A stretch of DNA of 64,000 nucleotides. It comes from an uncultured Eubacteriales bacterium. GTDB taxonomy: Bacteria; Bacillota; Clostridia; Lachnospirales; Lachnospiraceae. The position numbers were made by a program, and so were the translations under genes. The stretch spans positions 21,875-85,874 of the forward strand of contig CASFBR010000132.1 of the NCBI GenBank assembly GCA_949292795.1, given 5' to 3'. The notes beneath the pieces are model-generated. The model did not search any database. It was not told the DNA's origin and saw only the letters and a list, made by a program, of their open reading frames with translations. Of this stretch, positions 37,520 to 48,886 are shown piece by piece. Within the stretch, counting starts at the first letter, position 1; each line of letters begins with the position of its first letter.

Positions 37520-39061
37520 TTATTTGTGTATAAGAAGTGATTTTCCGGTCATTTCAGCAGGCTTTTCCATTCCCATCATCTCGATCATGGTCGGAACAAG
37601 ATCGGCCAGGCATCCGCCCTCAGCCAGCGTATAATCCGGATCGTAGTTGACAAGGATAAATGGTACCGGGTTTGTTGTGTGGGCTGTAAACGGCTCACCG
37701 CTTTCATAATCCACAAGCTGCTCGGCATTTCCGTGGTCTGCGCAGATGATCATCTGTCCGTCTACGGAAAGCAGAGCATCCACAGCACGTCCGACGCACT
37801 CGTCCACGACCTCGATGGCTTTGATCGCTGCCGGCTCGACACCGGTATGGCCGACCATGTCCGGATTGGCAAAATTAACGATAATCACATCATAGGCGCC
37901 GCCCTTGATGGCATCCACAAGCTTGTCGCATACCTGGTAGGCACTCATCTCCGGCTGAAGGTCATAGGTGGCCACTTTCGGTGATTTTACGAGAATACGG
38001 GTCTCACCCTCATTGGGCTCCTCAACGCCGCCATTAAAGAAAAAGGTCACATGGGCATACTTTTCAGTCTCGGCGATTCTCGCCTGAGTCATATGATGTG
38101 CGGCTAAAAATTCTCCAAATGTATTGGTAATCTCTACCTTATGGAAGGCGACATCTTTATTGGGGATCGTTTCATCATATTCGGTAAAGCATACATAGGT
38201 CAGGTCAAGACGGCGGCCTCTGTCAAATCCGTCAAAATCGTCGCTGCAAAATGCGCGGGTGATCTCACGGGCACGGTCCGGGCGGAAATTGTAGAAAATA
38301 ATCGAATCATGGTCTTTTACAGTTGCCACCGGAGCGCCGTTTTCCACAATCACAACAGGCACAACAAATTCATCGGTTTTTTCATCAGCGTAGGATGCTT
38401 CCACTGCTTCCACAGGGTCTGCGGCCGTGTTCCCCTCACCGTAAACCATGGCGCGGTAAGCCTTTTCCACGCGGTCCCAGCGGTTATCACGGTCCATGGC
38501 ATAATAACGGCCCATCACGGAAGCGACCTTGCCGACACCGATCTCTTTCATCTTTTCCACAAGCTGGGCGACATAATCCCGGCCGGATGAAGGCGGTGTG
38601 TCACGGCCGTCTAAAAAGCAGTGAACATAGACGTTTTGTACACCGTTTCTTTTAGCCATTTCAAGCAGGGCATATAAATGAGTATTATGGCTGTGTACGC
38701 CGCCGTCAGACAGAAGGCCGTACAGGTGCAGGGCGCTTTGATGCTCGTTTACGTTGGCCATGGCGTGAAGAAGCGCTTCATTATTAAAGAAATCGCCTTC
38801 CTGGATTTCCTTGGTAATCCGTGTCAGCTCCTGGTATACGATGCGGCCGGCGCCCATGTTCATGTGTCCTACCTCGGAATTGCCCATCTGGCCTTCCGGC
38901 AGGCCCACGGCAAGACCGCTGGCATTTCCTTTAACAAACGGGTATTCCTTCATCAGCCGGTCCATAACCGGTGTCTTTGCCTCATAGACGGAGTTTCCTT
39001 CGTGCTTATCGTTGAGTCCATAACCATCCAAAATCATTAATACGGTAGGTCTTTTGCTCAT
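37520..39061 (-). CDS. gpmI: 2,3-bisphosphoglycerate-independent phosphoglycerate mutase
   Basis: LMILDGYG, GNSEVGH, AETEKYAHVTFFFNGG, NPDMVGHTG, ADHGN. Confidence 0.98.
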   Translation of the reverse strand: MSKRPTVLMILDGYGLNDKHEGNSVYEAKTPVMDRLMKEYPFVKGNASGLAVGLPEGQMGNSEVGHMNMGAGRIVYQELTRITKEIQEGDFFNNEALLHAMANVNEHQSALHLYGLLSDGGVHSHNTHLYALLEMAKRNGVQNVYVHCFLDGRDTPPSSGRDYVAQLVEKMKEIGVGKVASVMGRYYAMDRDNRWDRVEKAYRAMVYGEGNTAADPVEAVEASYADEKTDEFVVPVVIVENGAPVATVKDHDSIIFYNFRPDRAREITRAFCSDDFDGFDRGRRLDLTYVCFTEYDETIPNKDVAFHKVEITNTFGEFLAAHHMTQARIAETEKYAHVTFFFNGGVEEPNEGETRILVKSPKVATYDLQPEMSAYQVCDKLVDAIKGGAYDVIIVNFANPDMVGHTGVEPAAIKAIEVVDECVGRAVDALLSVDGQMIICADHGNAEQLVDYESGEPFTAHTTNPVPFILVNYDPDYTLAEGGCLADLVPTMIEMMGMEKPAEMTGKSLLIHK

Positions 39062-39345
39062 TCTAACTATCTCCTTATCTTTTTTCATATTGCCCGGCAC
39101 AAAACGGCCGCGCGTTACGATATATGACTGTGACAGCAGCCGGCATCCGCTGCCGGCCGGCACACAAATTATATGCATTATTATTTTACCAGAAATCATC
39201 AAATTTACAATAGTTTTTATGATGTAAAAATCCGTTGAACAAATTCTTGTGGACCAAGCCGGATGCGCGGTATAATAATCCTGTGAGAAACAGGAAAGTC
39301 AGCCTGCAAATCAAAAGTCAGGCAGAAATGAAGGAGAGATTTTTT

Positions 39346-41679
39346 ATGATGCCGATCTATGGGACTGCCCCATTTCAGATATGGTTTGAAAACGCCATGC
39401 CGGAGAGCGCCTTTACGCCGGAGGACTATCTGCTTTTTTATGTGCTTAAGGGGCAGTTCTGTGTCCGGGTTTCCGGCCGGGACTATGCTTTTGGCGTTGG
39501 GGAGGTATTTATTATTCATATGGGAGAGACATATATGCCCCTTAAAAGCCAGGACTATCTTTTGTGCGCTGTGCGCATGAATTTCGGATTCCTTCTGCGC
39601 TGCTGCGATTATGAGCGGCCTTCATTTTATACGGAAAGCAGCGGGCATCGTCTTGTAAGCCATAAAGGGGATTCGGCGGGACGGCAGCTCGCACACAAGA
39701 TCGCCGGTCTTGCCCATGCCTGCTTTGATACGCCGCAGCTCTCTCCATCCCGGCAGACGTATCTTTTTTATGATTTTGTCTATTTTCTGATCGAGTATTA
39801 CAAAGTACTGGATAGCCATGACGATCCGGTGCACCGGCGCATTTACCAGGTGCGCGATCTGCTCGAGACAAGCTTTCAGCTTCCTCTGACACTAAACGCG
39901 CTGGCCGATACGCTTAAAGTGACCCCGCAATACTTATCCGCCTTTATTAAGAAGCACCTGGGAGTGACCTTCGGCGACTATTTGAATCAGGTGCGTTTAA
40001 ATCACGCGGCTTATGATCTGACCTACACAAAGGACACTGTGACATCAATCATGTATAAAAATGGTTTTCCCAATGCCTCAGGCTTTAACCAAAGCTTCAA
40101 AAAATGCTATCACATGACGCCTCTGGCCTACCGGCGCCTGACCCGGATGCAAAATATATCGTCCGGAAAAAACGCCCCGGACGAGGATTTCACAAAAAAA
40201 GCCCAAAAGCTTTATGATGCCTTTATCGCCTCCGGCGAAGACTGGGGGACGCAAAACGGCAGCTGCTGCCGGCAGACCATCGATGCCCGTTCAGGCGTTT
40301 ACATGCCTCATCCGTGGGGCATCCTGCTAAACGCCGGAAAGGCTTCCAATATATTAAATATCGATTTTTATGCGCAGCTCCATACGATCCAGGGGCATTT
40401 TCCGTTTAAATACGCCCGGCTCACGCACTTTCTGACACCGGATAGCGGTAATTTTGCCGGCACGGACTCCGTTATCGATGCATTAAAGCGTGAAGGACTG
40501 CTGCCATGGATCGTTATTACCGATGCGGACTGTCCGGATGGCACCGGCACAGCAGAATGTATCAAACGGCTGCTGGAGCATGTCTTGCACCGGTACGGCC
40601 CGTTTGCGGTCAGTGAATGGGTGATTGAATATGCCCTGGAGGAACAGCGTGCCTTCCAGCCGGACCGCGCAGATTTAAAATCGTATATGCGTACATGGGA
40701 ACATATTCGCCGCGCAGTCCGGCAGGCGGCGTCAGGACCGCTGCTTGCCGGGCCATCCTGCGGTGTCCAGACCGCATTTTCATGGCTTGAGGCACTGCTT
40801 AGACAGTTTCACGAAAACGCGTGCATGCCGGATTATATTTCACTGCGCTCCTGGCCTTATATGGAAAATGATGCCGGGTCAGTGACCGGAAGCCCTTCAC
40901 GCGGAAGGATTCTTCATATCCGGCGCCTGATCTATAATGCCCGGCCGCCGGTACCGAAGCCTCAGACAATGCTTCCTAAAATTGCGGTTGTGGATTCCGG
41001 ATTTGTAAAAACCGGACCGACAGGGCTTAATGATGCGCTGTTTATGGGAAATTATCTGCTTCAAAGCAGCCTTGATGCCAGGGATGCCGCGGATTTGATT
41101 GCCAGCCCGCTTCTGTCCGATCTTCCCTGTGCACACGTTTACAGCCACGGCCGGCTATTGACCGGCGGACAGGGGATGATGACCGGCGACAGCATATTTA
41201 AACCGCCGTTTTTTGCGCTCAAATATCTGACAATGCTCGGGCAAAGCTGCTTAAGCTGCGGCAACGGCTACATTGTCACTCAGATTGAAGGCGGCGTGAT
41301 CGCTGTTCTTTTATATGACTATATGTATCCGGAAGCGCGCGATGTCATCCGGCTCCTGAAAAATTCCAAAACACCGTCTCAGGCTTCAGAGCTGTTTCAG
41401 GAACAGCCCCGCAGGGACTATCAGTTTACGATTACAAACCTAACGCATCCGGCCTACCAGATGACAAGATTTCGGTTAAATAAAGCTTTTGGAAGCATCT
41501 TAGATGCATGGGTGTCGTTCGGGTGCGCCCAAAATATCGACCAGCATCTGCTTGAGTATCTCCGTGAAACGCTCTGGCCTAAAATGCAGATGACAATCAT
41601 CCAAAATAATAACGGGCTGCACATTAAGGCCACGCTTGAGCCGCAGGAAATCAATCTGCTGCTGATCCAGCCGGCATAA
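39346..41679 (+). CDS. AraC-family regulator with C-terminal GH39-like domain
   Basis: Cupin-like N terminus, AraC double HTH (YLSAFIKKHLG...GFPNASGFNQSFKK), then a TIM-barrel region resembling GH39 (FPFKYARL, LAGP, DYISLRSW, KPPFFA); AAGGAG RBS. Confidence 0.85.
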   Translation: MMPIYGTAPFQIWFENAMPESAFTPEDYLLFYVLKGQFCVRVSGRDYAFGVGEVFIIHMGETYMPLKSQDYLLCAVRMNFGFLLRCCDYERPSFYTESSGHRLVSHKGDSAGRQLAHKIAGLAHACFDTPQLSPSRQTYLFYDFVYFLIEYYKVLDSHDDPVHRRIYQVRDLLETSFQLPLTLNALADTLKVTPQYLSAFIKKHLGVTFGDYLNQVRLNHAAYDLTYTKDTVTSIMYKNGFPNASGFNQSFKKCYHMTPLAYRRLTRMQNISSGKNAPDEDFTKKAQKLYDAFIASGEDWGTQNGSCCRQTIDARSGVYMPHPWGILLNAGKASNILNIDFYAQLHTIQGHFPFKYARLTHFLTPDSGNFAGTDSVIDALKREGLLPWIVITDADCPDGTGTAECIKRLLEHVLHRYGPFAVSEWVIEYALEEQRAFQPDRADLKSYMRTWEHIRRAVRQAASGPLLAGPSCGVQTAFSWLEALLRQFHENACMPDYISLRSWPYMENDAGSVTGSPSRGRILHIRRLIYNARPPVPKPQTMLPKIAVVDSGFVKTGPTGLNDALFMGNYLLQSSLDARDAADLIASPLLSDLPCAHVYSHGRLLTGGQGMMTGDSIFKPPFFALKYLTMLGQSCLSCGNGYIVTQIEGGVIAVLLYDYMYPEARDVIRLLKNSKTPSQASELFQEQPRRDYQFTITNLTHPAYQMTRFRLNKAFGSILDAWVSFGCAQNIDQHLLEYLRETLWPKMQMTIIQNNNGLHIKATLEPQEINLLLIQPA

Positions 41680-41699
41680 GGTTTCCTTTGCAATGAAAA

Positions 41700-41731
41700 A
41701 GGGTATACAAAAACGCTGCTTTGTATACCCT
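41700..41731. terminator. Terminator between convergent tpiA and AraC genes
   Basis: AGGGTATACAAA/TTTGTATACCCT inverted repeat. Confidence 0.75.
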
Positions 41732-41748
41732 CCAAATCCTATGGATAA

Positions 41749-42495
41749 TTATTTATAGTTGACAATCTTTCCAAAGTCCGCTTTAAGGCTGGCGCCGCCT
41801 ACAAGGCCGCCATCGATGTCGTCCATGGCAAAAAGCTCTGCCGCATTTCCGGCATTGACCGAACCGCCGTACTGGATGCGGATAGCTTCTGCGGTATCGG
41901 TATCATAAATTTCTGCGATGCAGTCACGGATACCTTTGCAGACCTCTTCTGCCTGAGCGCTGGTCGCAGTTTTTCCGGTTCCGATCGCCCAGATCGGCTC
42001 GTAAGCAATAACTGCGGTTTTGGCCTGATCGGCAGTGACATTAAGAAACGCGATCTTGATCTGCTGACGAATCCAGTCCATTGTAATTCCCTGCTCGCGC
42101 TGTGTTAAAGACTCGCCGCAGCAGATGATCGGAGTGATCCCGTGCTCAAATGCCTTAAGCACTTTTTTGTTTACCGTTTCATCTGTCTCAGCAAAGTATT
42201 CTCTGCGCTCGGAATGGCCGATGATGACATATTTAACGCCGACATCGGTAAGCATATTGGGCGCGATCTCGCCGGTATAGGCACCGGACTCTTCATAATA
42301 CATATTCTCAGCGCCAATGGAGATATTTGTTCCTTTTGCTGCTTCGATACATGGGATAATATCGATTGCCGGTACACAGAAAACAACGTCAACCTCATCG
42401 TTGGCAACGAGCGGTTTTAATTCATTGACTAAAGCAACAGCCTCACTGGGAGTCTTATTCATCTTCCAGTTTCCTGCAATAATTTTTTTACGCAT
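41749..42495 (-). CDS. tpiA: Triosephosphate isomerase
   Basis: [36 protein letters not shown]. Confidence 0.98.
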   Translation of the reverse strand: MRKKIIAGNWKMNKTPSEAVALVNELKPLVANDEVDVVFCVPAIDIIPCIEAAKGTNISIGAENMYYEESGAYTGEIAPNMLTDVGVKYVIIGHSERREYFAETDETVNKKVLKAFEHGITPIICCGESLTQREQGITMDWIRQQIKIAFLNVTADQAKTAVIAYEPIWAIGTGKTATSAQAEEVCKGIRDCIAEIYDTDTAEAIRIQYGGSVNAGNAAELFAMDDIDGGLVGGASLKADFGKIVNYK

Positions 42496-42509
42496 TGAAA
42501 AAACTCCTT

Positions 42510-43703
42510 TTATTTATCATTTGCTGCAACAACGCCAGGAAGGTCTTTACCCTCAAGAAATTCCAGAGATGCGCCGCCGCCGGTGGAAATATGGGTCATC
42601 TTATCGCCAAAGCCCAGGGTATTGACAGCAGCTGCGGAATCGCCGCCGCCGATAATGGTCGTAGCATCCTTAAGGTCTGCCAGTGCTTTTGCAATCGCGA
42701 TCGTACCGGAAGCAAAATTCGGCATCTCAAAGCAGCCCATCGGTCCGTTCCATACAACGGTCTTGGCATCTGTCAGAGCGTCTGCGAATAATTTCTCTGT
42801 CTTAGGTCCAATATCCAGACCCATCTCATCCGCTTCAAGATTTCCTTCAACAACACGGCGCTTGGCGTCGTTGGAAAATTCCTTGGCAGCCACATAATCC
42901 ACCGGAAGCAGGAGCTTTACGCCCTTTTCCTTGGCTTTGGCAACCATCTCATTTGCGTATTCCAGATAATCGTCCTCGCAGAGGGATTTTCCGATTTCAA
43001 TGCCGGCAGCCTTTGCGAAGGTAAAGCACATACCGCCGCCGATGATCAGTGTATCGACCTTATCAAGCAGGTTATTGATAACAGAAATCTTGGAAGAAAC
43101 CTTGGAACCGCCAAGAATTGCCACAAAAGGTCTTACCGGATTATTCACAGCGTTGCCGAGAAAATCAATTTCCTTCTGCATCAGATAGCCGACAACCGCT
43201 GTATCTACAAACTGAGTCACACCGACATTGGAGCAATGCGCTCTGTGTGCAGTGCCGAATGCATCATTGACAAAAACATCACAAAGGCTTGCGAGCTCTT
43301 TGCTGAAGGCTTCGCCGTTCTTTGTCTCTTCTGCTCTGTAACGGGTGTTTTCCAGAAGGATTACATCGCCGTCTTTCATGGCAGCCACAGCAGCCTTTGC
43401 GTTGGGGCCGACAACCTCAGGGTCTGCGGCAAACTTTACTTCCTGTCCGAGAAGCTCAGACAGTCTCCTGGCAACAGGCGCAAGAGACAGCTCCGGCTTC
43501 GGCTCGCCCTTCGGCTTGCCAAGATGGGAACAAAGAATCACTTTTCCGCCGTCGGCAATCAGCTTCTTGATCGTCGGCAGAGCAGCTACAAGACGGTTTT
43601 CGTCCGTGATCACACCGTCCTTTAAGGGCACGTTAAAATCGCAGCGCACAAGCACTCTCTGGCCTTTAACATTAATATCATCAACAGATTTTTTGTTAAG
43701 CAT
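42510..43703 (-). CDS. pgk: Phosphoglycerate kinase
   Basis: [38 protein letters not shown]. Confidence 0.98.
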   Translation of the reverse strand: MLNKKSVDDINVKGQRVLVRCDFNVPLKDGVITDENRLVAALPTIKKLIADGGKVILCSHLGKPKGEPKPELSLAPVARRLSELLGQEVKFAADPEVVGPNAKAAVAAMKDGDVILLENTRYRAEETKNGEAFSKELASLCDVFVNDAFGTAHRAHCSNVGVTQFVDTAVVGYLMQKEIDFLGNAVNNPVRPFVAILGGSKVSSKISVINNLLDKVDTLIIGGGMCFTFAKAAGIEIGKSLCEDDYLEYANEMVAKAKEKGVKLLLPVDYVAAKEFSNDAKRRVVEGNLEADEMGLDIGPKTEKLFADALTDAKTVVWNGPMGCFEMPNFASGTIAIAKALADLKDATTIIGGGDSAAAVNTLGFGDKMTHISTGGGASLEFLEGKDLPGVVAANDK

Positions 43704-43837
43704 ATCTTTTCCTCCAAATAATAGTTGAACTCCCGGCCATGCGTCTGCTTGCACATACAAAAGGCGGATGCATGGCGAAATATTGCCGCAAGCCGCCGCG
43801 GCGGCGTCCGGACATATCCGCGGACACGATGCCCGCT

Positions 43838-43886
43838 GTAAAAAGGGGCCCGGTCCGTAGTCTGACCTACAAGACCGGACCCCTTT
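43838..43886 (-). terminator. Terminator-like hairpin between gap and pgk
   Basis: AAGGGG(C)CCGGTC...GACCGGACCCCTT with a T-run on the minus strand. Confidence 0.7.
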
Positions 43887-43938
43887 AAGGATCATTTATA
43901 AATGGATAACTTATCTTATACTCTTATGCGACCCTAAA

Positions 43939-44952
43939 TTAAGCTAATTCAGCAAAATATTTGATCGTTCTTACCATCTGGCTTGTATAGGAGTTCTCGT
44001 TGTCATACCAGGCTACAACCTGAACCTCATATAAGTCGTCAGCAACCTTGGAAACCATGGTCTGTGTTGCGTCAAAGAGAGAACCGTATGTGATGCCGAC
44101 AATATCGGAAGATACGATCTGGTCTTCGTTATAGCCGTAAGAATCAGAAGCTGCGGCCTTCATAGCAGCGTTGATGCCGTCTACGGTAATATCGGTACCC
44201 TTAACAACAGCGGTAAGGATCGTTGTGGAGCCTGTCGGAACAGGAACACGCTGAGCAGCACCGATGAGCTTGCCGTTTAATTCAGGAATAACAAGGCCGA
44301 TTGCCTTTGCAGCACCTGTGGAGTTTGGAACGATGTTCACAGCGGCGGCTCTTGCACGGCGAAGATCGCCCTTTCTGTGAGGACCATCCAGTGTCATCTG
44401 GTCGCCGGTATAAGCATGGATTGTGCACATGATACCGCTCTGAATCGGAGCATAGTCATTCAGTGCTTTTGCCATAGGAGCTAAGCAGTTTGTTGTACAG
44501 GAAGCTGCGGAAATGATCTGATCATCAGCAGTAAGTGTATTTTCGTTAACGCTGTAAACGATTGTCTTAAGATCGTTGCCAGCAGGAGCGGAAATAACAA
44601 CCTTCTTAGCGCCGGCATCGATATGAGCCTGAGCTTTTGCCTTGGAGGTGTAGAAGCCTGTGCACTCAAGAACAACGTCTACGCCAAGTTCTCCCCATGG
44701 AAGTTCTGCAGCATTAGCCATTTTATAGATTTCGATCTCTTTTCCGTCAACAACGATGGAAGATTCCTTTGCTTCTACGGTATGGCCGGCATATCTTCCC
44801 TGAGAAGAGTCATATTTTAACAGGTGAGCCAGCATGGAAGGGTCTGTTAAGTCGTTGATCGCAACGATTTCATATCCTTCTGCTCCAAACATCTGTCTGA
44901 AAGCAAGACGACCAATACGTCCGAAACCATTAATTGCTACTTTTACTGCCAT
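43939..44952 (-). CDS. gap: Glyceraldehyde-3-phosphate dehydrogenase type I
   Basis: [22 protein letters not shown]. Confidence 0.98.
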   Translation of the reverse strand: MAVKVAINGFGRIGRLAFRQMFGAEGYEIVAINDLTDPSMLAHLLKYDSSQGRYAGHTVEAKESSIVVDGKEIEIYKMANAAELPWGELGVDVVLECTGFYTSKAKAQAHIDAGAKKVVISAPAGNDLKTIVYSVNENTLTADDQIISAASCTTNCLAPMAKALNDYAPIQSGIMCTIHAYTGDQMTLDGPHRKGDLRRARAAAVNIVPNSTGAAKAIGLVIPELNGKLIGAAQRVPVPTGSTTILTAVVKGTDITVDGINAAMKAAASDSYGYNEDQIVSSDIVGITYGSLFDATQTMVSKVADDLYEVQVVAWYDNENSYTSQMVRTIKYFAELA

Positions 44953-45148
44953 AATAGTAATTCCTCCTAAAGAATAAATTTTACTTAAAGCTGCTTTACA
45001 ACTTTATCAGGTAGGTAATGGATGCACTCACAGCATCACTACTACTTTGTCTATTTTACCTAATATCTCCAAAAAATTCAAGACTATTTATTGTATAAAA
45101 TATTTTTTTAACAATCTTGACAGATTGGATTCTATTTTATGTGGATTT

Positions 45149-45553
45149 TTATTTATTTTTAAGCGTGCAGTAATATTGGATAATGTCTTTTCGGGTGATG
45201 ATTCCGATAAAGACGTTATGATCATCGATCACCGGCACAAAATTCTGATTCAATGCCTTGGAGATCAAATCCTCCATGTTGGAATCCACATGGACCGGCA
45301 GGTTATCCATCCGGCGGGGAATCGACATCACCGCCACATCCTCCGCATCCTTCAGCGACAGATCCTCCTCATTTTTTATGTACCACAGCAGGTCACCCTC
45401 GGTGATCGTTCCCACATAGCAGCCCTTGCGGTCAATGATCGGAATCGCGGAGTACTTATGATACTCCATCTTTTCAAGCGCCTGCCTCAGGGAATAATCA
45501 TTGTAGATATACGCCACATCACTTTTGGGTGTCAGAAAAAACATAATATTCAT
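45149..45553 (-). CDS. CBS-domain protein (YkuL-like)
   Basis: Tandem CBS pair: YSAIPIID...GTITEGD; FVPVID...IGIITRKD. Confidence 0.88.
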   Translation of the reverse strand: MNIMFFLTPKSDVAYIYNDYSLRQALEKMEYHKYSAIPIIDRKGCYVGTITEGDLLWYIKNEEDLSLKDAEDVAVMSIPRRMDNLPVHVDSNMEDLISKALNQNFVPVIDDHNVFIGIITRKDIIQYYCTLKNK

Positions 45554-45555
45554 AC

Positions 45556-46674
45556 TTAAACCCTCTCCCATGTACTGTTGCTGTCATGAACAGCTTTTTC
45601 AATTGTTCCTCCGCCGGCCACAAAATCGCCGTCATAAAAAACGACAGCCTGTCCCGGAGTAATGGCGCGCACAGGCTCATCAAACAGGCAAAGCGCCCGG
45701 CCGCCCTCAAGCATTTTAAGCGTCCCCGGCGCGCCTTTGTGCGCATAGCGGACCTTGGCAAAAACGCGCAGTGTCTCACCGGGGGCAGGCGGACAGACGG
45801 ACATAAAATTCAAATCCGAAGCGATCAGCCCCGGCGAAAACACGTCTGAATTTTCACCGATCACGACCTCCCCGGTTTCGGGACGGATCTGCGTGACAAA
45901 AACCGGGTGTCCCATGGACAGTCCAAGACCTTTGCGCTGTCCGACCGTATAGTGGGTGATGCCTTTATGACGGCCGAGGATATGCCCGTCTTTATCGACA
46001 AAGTTTCCTTCCGGTATCTTCTGCCCTGTATAGCGCTCAAGGAACCGTGCATAATCACCATCCGGAACAAAGCAAATATCCTGGCTGTCCGGCTTGGCGG
46101 CCACCTTAAGGCCGATTTTGGCCGCCATAGCCCGGATTTCAGCTTTTGTGTAGCTTCCCACGGGCATTAAAGTTTTTGAAAGCTGTTCCTGTGTCAGATT
46201 ATACAGTGCGTATGTCTGATCCTTGCTGCTTTGGGCTGCCTTTAAAGTATAGCGGCCATTGTCCAGGCGGACAATCTGGGCATAATGGCCGGTGGCAATA
46301 TAGTCTGCTCCCAGAGCCAGACATTTATTTAACATCGCTTCCCACTTGACATACCGGTTACAGCGGATACATGGATTTGGCGTGCGCCCCATAAAATATT
46401 CCCGGGCAAAATCATCCATGACCCAGGCTTTAAATTCTTTTTTAAAGTTCATGACATAATAAGGAATGTCAAGAGCCCGGGCAACCGCCCGGGCATCCTC
46501 GACCGCACTCTGGCCGCAGCATCCGCCATTTTCTTCGATGGTGCACATATCCTCATCCTGCCATATCTGCATCGTCACACCCATGACATCATAGCCCTGC
46601 TCCTTAAGCAGCCATGCCGCCACAGATGAATCTACTCCGCCGGACATGCCGACAATGACTTTTTTTGTGCTCAT
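45556..46674 (-). CDS. mnmA: tRNA 2-thiouridine synthase MnmA
   Basis: SGGVDS, TPNPCIRCN, ATGHYA, KDQTY, DSQDICF, GQRKG, TPGQ. Confidence 0.98.
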   Translation of the reverse strand: MSTKKVIVGMSGGVDSSVAAWLLKEQGYDVMGVTMQIWQDEDMCTIEENGGCCGQSAVEDARAVARALDIPYYVMNFKKEFKAWVMDDFAREYFMGRTPNPCIRCNRYVKWEAMLNKCLALGADYIATGHYAQIVRLDNGRYTLKAAQSSKDQTYALYNLTQEQLSKTLMPVGSYTKAEIRAMAAKIGLKVAAKPDSQDICFVPDGDYARFLERYTGQKIPEGNFVDKDGHILGRHKGITHYTVGQRKGLGLSMGHPVFVTQIRPETGEVVIGENSDVFSPGLIASDLNFMSVCPPAPGETLRVFAKVRYAHKGAPGTLKMLEGGRALCLFDEPVRAITPGQAVVFYDGDFVAGGGTIEKAVHDSNSTWERV

Positions 46675-46679
46675 GCCGA

Positions 46680-47117
46680 TTAATAATCTTCCTCTTCTTC
46701 CTCTTCGCTAATATCAGACTTTGGTTTGCTCAGCCCTTCGATTTTAATGCCCTGCTTTTCACAGTAATCCCACAAAGCTGCGTGGATCGCCTCTTCGGCC
46801 AGCAGCGAGCAGTGAACCTTTACCGGCGGCAGCCCGTCTAATGCTTCCATGACAGCTTTGTTTGTCACCTCAAGCGCCTCATAGATCGTCTTGCCTTTGA
46901 CAAGCTCGGTCGCCATGCTGCTTGTTGCCACGGCAGCGCCGCAGCCAAAGGTTTTAAATTTTACATCACGAATAACCTGATTTTCATCAATATCAAAATA
47001 AATACGCATAATATCGCCGCATTTCGCGTTGCCGACGGTTCCGACGCCGCTGGCATTTTCAATTTCGCCCACATTTCTCGGGTTCTGGAAATGATCCATA
47101 ACTTTTTCACTGTACAT
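46680..47117 (-). CDS. iscU: Fe-S cluster scaffold IscU/NifU
   Basis: GNAKCGDIM, FGCGAA, LPPVKVHCS. Confidence 0.96.
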   Translation of the reverse strand: MYSEKVMDHFQNPRNVGEIENASGVGTVGNAKCGDIMRIYFDIDENQVIRDVKFKTFGCGAAVATSSMATELVKGKTIYEALEVTNKAVMEALDGLPPVKVHCSLLAEEAIHAALWDYCEKQGIKIEGLSKPKSDISEEEEEEDY

Positions 47118-47170
47118 TATCTGTTCCTCCATTTCAATCCCCAGGCCGCACAAACACCGGACCAGGGGCG

Positions 47171-48361
47171 TTATTCTAAAGCGCTGCTTTTCTTTACAAA
47201 ATCCTCATACAAAGGCGACATTGCCCGGAGCCGTCCGACAATCTCTTTGATCTTATCCACAACATAATTAATCTCTTCTTCGGTATTCTCCTCGCCGATG
47301 GTCAGTCTCAGTGAACCGTGGGCAATCTCATGGGGCAGTCCGATGGCCAGGAGCACATGGGACGGGTCCAGAGAACCGGAGGTGCAGGCTGAGCCGCTGG
47401 AGCCGCAGATTCCGGCCATATCCAGCATAATCAGCAGGGACTCGCCTTCAATAAACTGAAAGCTGAAATTAACGTTGTTTGGAAGACGGCGCTGATGATC
47501 GCCGTTTAAACGCACATAGGGAACTTCCTTATAAATTCTTGAAATTAAAAGCTCTCTTAAGGCAAGCTCATGGGCACTGCGGCTTTCCATCGTTGCCATG
47601 GCAATCTCCACAGCCTTTGCAAAGCCGACGATTCCCGGAACGTTTTCCGTGCCGGCCCGGCGCTTGCGCTCCTGAGCACCCCCATGGATAAAGGACCGTA
47701 TTTTAACGCCCTTGCGGATGTATAAAAATCCAATGCCTTTTGGGCCATTAAGCTTATGCGCGCTGGCACTGAGCATATCAATTCCGTATTCGTCCACATT
47801 AATGGGAATCTGACAATATGCCTGAACCGCATCTGTATGAAATAAAATACCATGCTCTTTGGCAATGGCGCCGATTTCCTTCACAGGCTGAATCGTGCCG
47901 ATCTCATTATTGGCAAACATAACGGAGATCAAAATCGTTGTGGGCCGGATGGCCGCTTTTAGCTGATCCAGCTTGATAATCCCGTTTTCATCCACATCCA
48001 CATAAGTGACCTCAAAGCCTCTTTTTTCAAGATACTGGCATGTATGCAAAACGGCATGATGCTCGATCTTTGATGTAATGATATGATTGCCTTTGGCGGC
48101 ATAAGCCTCAGCGGTGGCAATGAGCGCCCAGTTGTCGCTTTCCGTACCTCCGGCTGTAAAATAAATATTTTCCGGCGCGCAGGCGAGGGAAGCTGCAATC
48201 GTTTCTCTTGCCTGAGTGATCACACCCTTGTTTTGGGCGCCGAGATCGTAAATGCTTGAAGGGTTTCCGTACTTTTCTGTAAAATAGGGAAGCATCGCTT
48301 CCACAACCTCCGGGCGGGTTGCTGTTGTGGCAGCGTGATCCAGATAGATCGTCTTATTCAT
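47171..48361 (-). CDS. iscS: Cysteine desulfurase IscS/NifS
   Basis: YLDHAATT, HTDAVQ, SAHKLNGPKG, SSGSACTS. Confidence 0.97.
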   Translation of the reverse strand: MNKTIYLDHAATTATRPEVVEAMLPYFTEKYGNPSSIYDLGAQNKGVITQARETIAASLACAPENIYFTAGGTESDNWALIATAEAYAAKGNHIITSKIEHHAVLHTCQYLEKRGFEVTYVDVDENGIIKLDQLKAAIRPTTILISVMFANNEIGTIQPVKEIGAIAKEHGILFHTDAVQAYCQIPINVDEYGIDMLSASAHKLNGPKGIGFLYIRKGVKIRSFIHGGAQERKRRAGTENVPGIVGFAKAVEIAMATMESRSAHELALRELLISRIYKEVPYVRLNGDHQRRLPNNVNFSFQFIEGESLLIMLDMAGICGSSGSACTSGSLDPSHVLLAIGLPHEIAHGSLRLTIGEENTEEEINYVVDKIKEIVGRLRAMSPLYEDFVKKSSALE

Positions 48362-48363
48362 TT

Positions 48364-48870
48364 CTAACACTCCATTCTCCTCCTGGTACTGTCGCCGTCA
48401 TTATGATCAGGCTGATTAAAACGTCCGTCCCCGTCATCCAGGCCGGTCTTGCCGGCGGCTTTGGTGGAACAGCCGTTTTTTATGACTTCTTCCAGGGTCA
48501 TTGTATTTACTACATTATTTATACTGTCATTGATACGCTTCCATACATATTTTGTCACGCAGGAATCGTAACGGTCACATGCCTGGCTGTCCGGACATTC
48601 CACAACGCACAGCTTTCCTTCAAGCGCCCGCAAAATGTCGCCGACAAAAATGTGATCTGCTGCCTTTGCGAGGCGGTAGCCGCCGTTTGTTCCGCGCATA
48701 CTTGTGACGATCCCGGCCTTTTTCAGGCGGGAAATGAGCTGCTCCAGATAACTTTCTGAAAGGCCCTGCCGCCGGGCAATGCTGCTGATGGAAACGGCTC
48801 CGTCTGTGGCGTGGACGGCCAGGTCAACAACGGCCCGAAGGCCATATCTTCCTTTGGTCGATAAACGCAT
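48364..48870 (-). CDS. Rrf2-family regulator (IscR-like)
   Basis: LSTKGRYGLR, SYLEQL, RGTNGGYRL, Cys cluster CxxxC-x5-C-x5-C. Confidence 0.93.
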   Translation of the reverse strand: MRLSTKGRYGLRAVVDLAVHATDGAVSISSIARRQGLSESYLEQLISRLKKAGIVTSMRGTNGGYRLAKAADHIFVGDILRALEGKLCVVECPDSQACDRYDSCVTKYVWKRINDSINNVVNTMTLEEVIKNGCSTKAAGKTGLDDGDGRFNQPDHNDGDSTRRRMEC

Positions 48871-48886
48871 CAAAAGACCTCCATCT

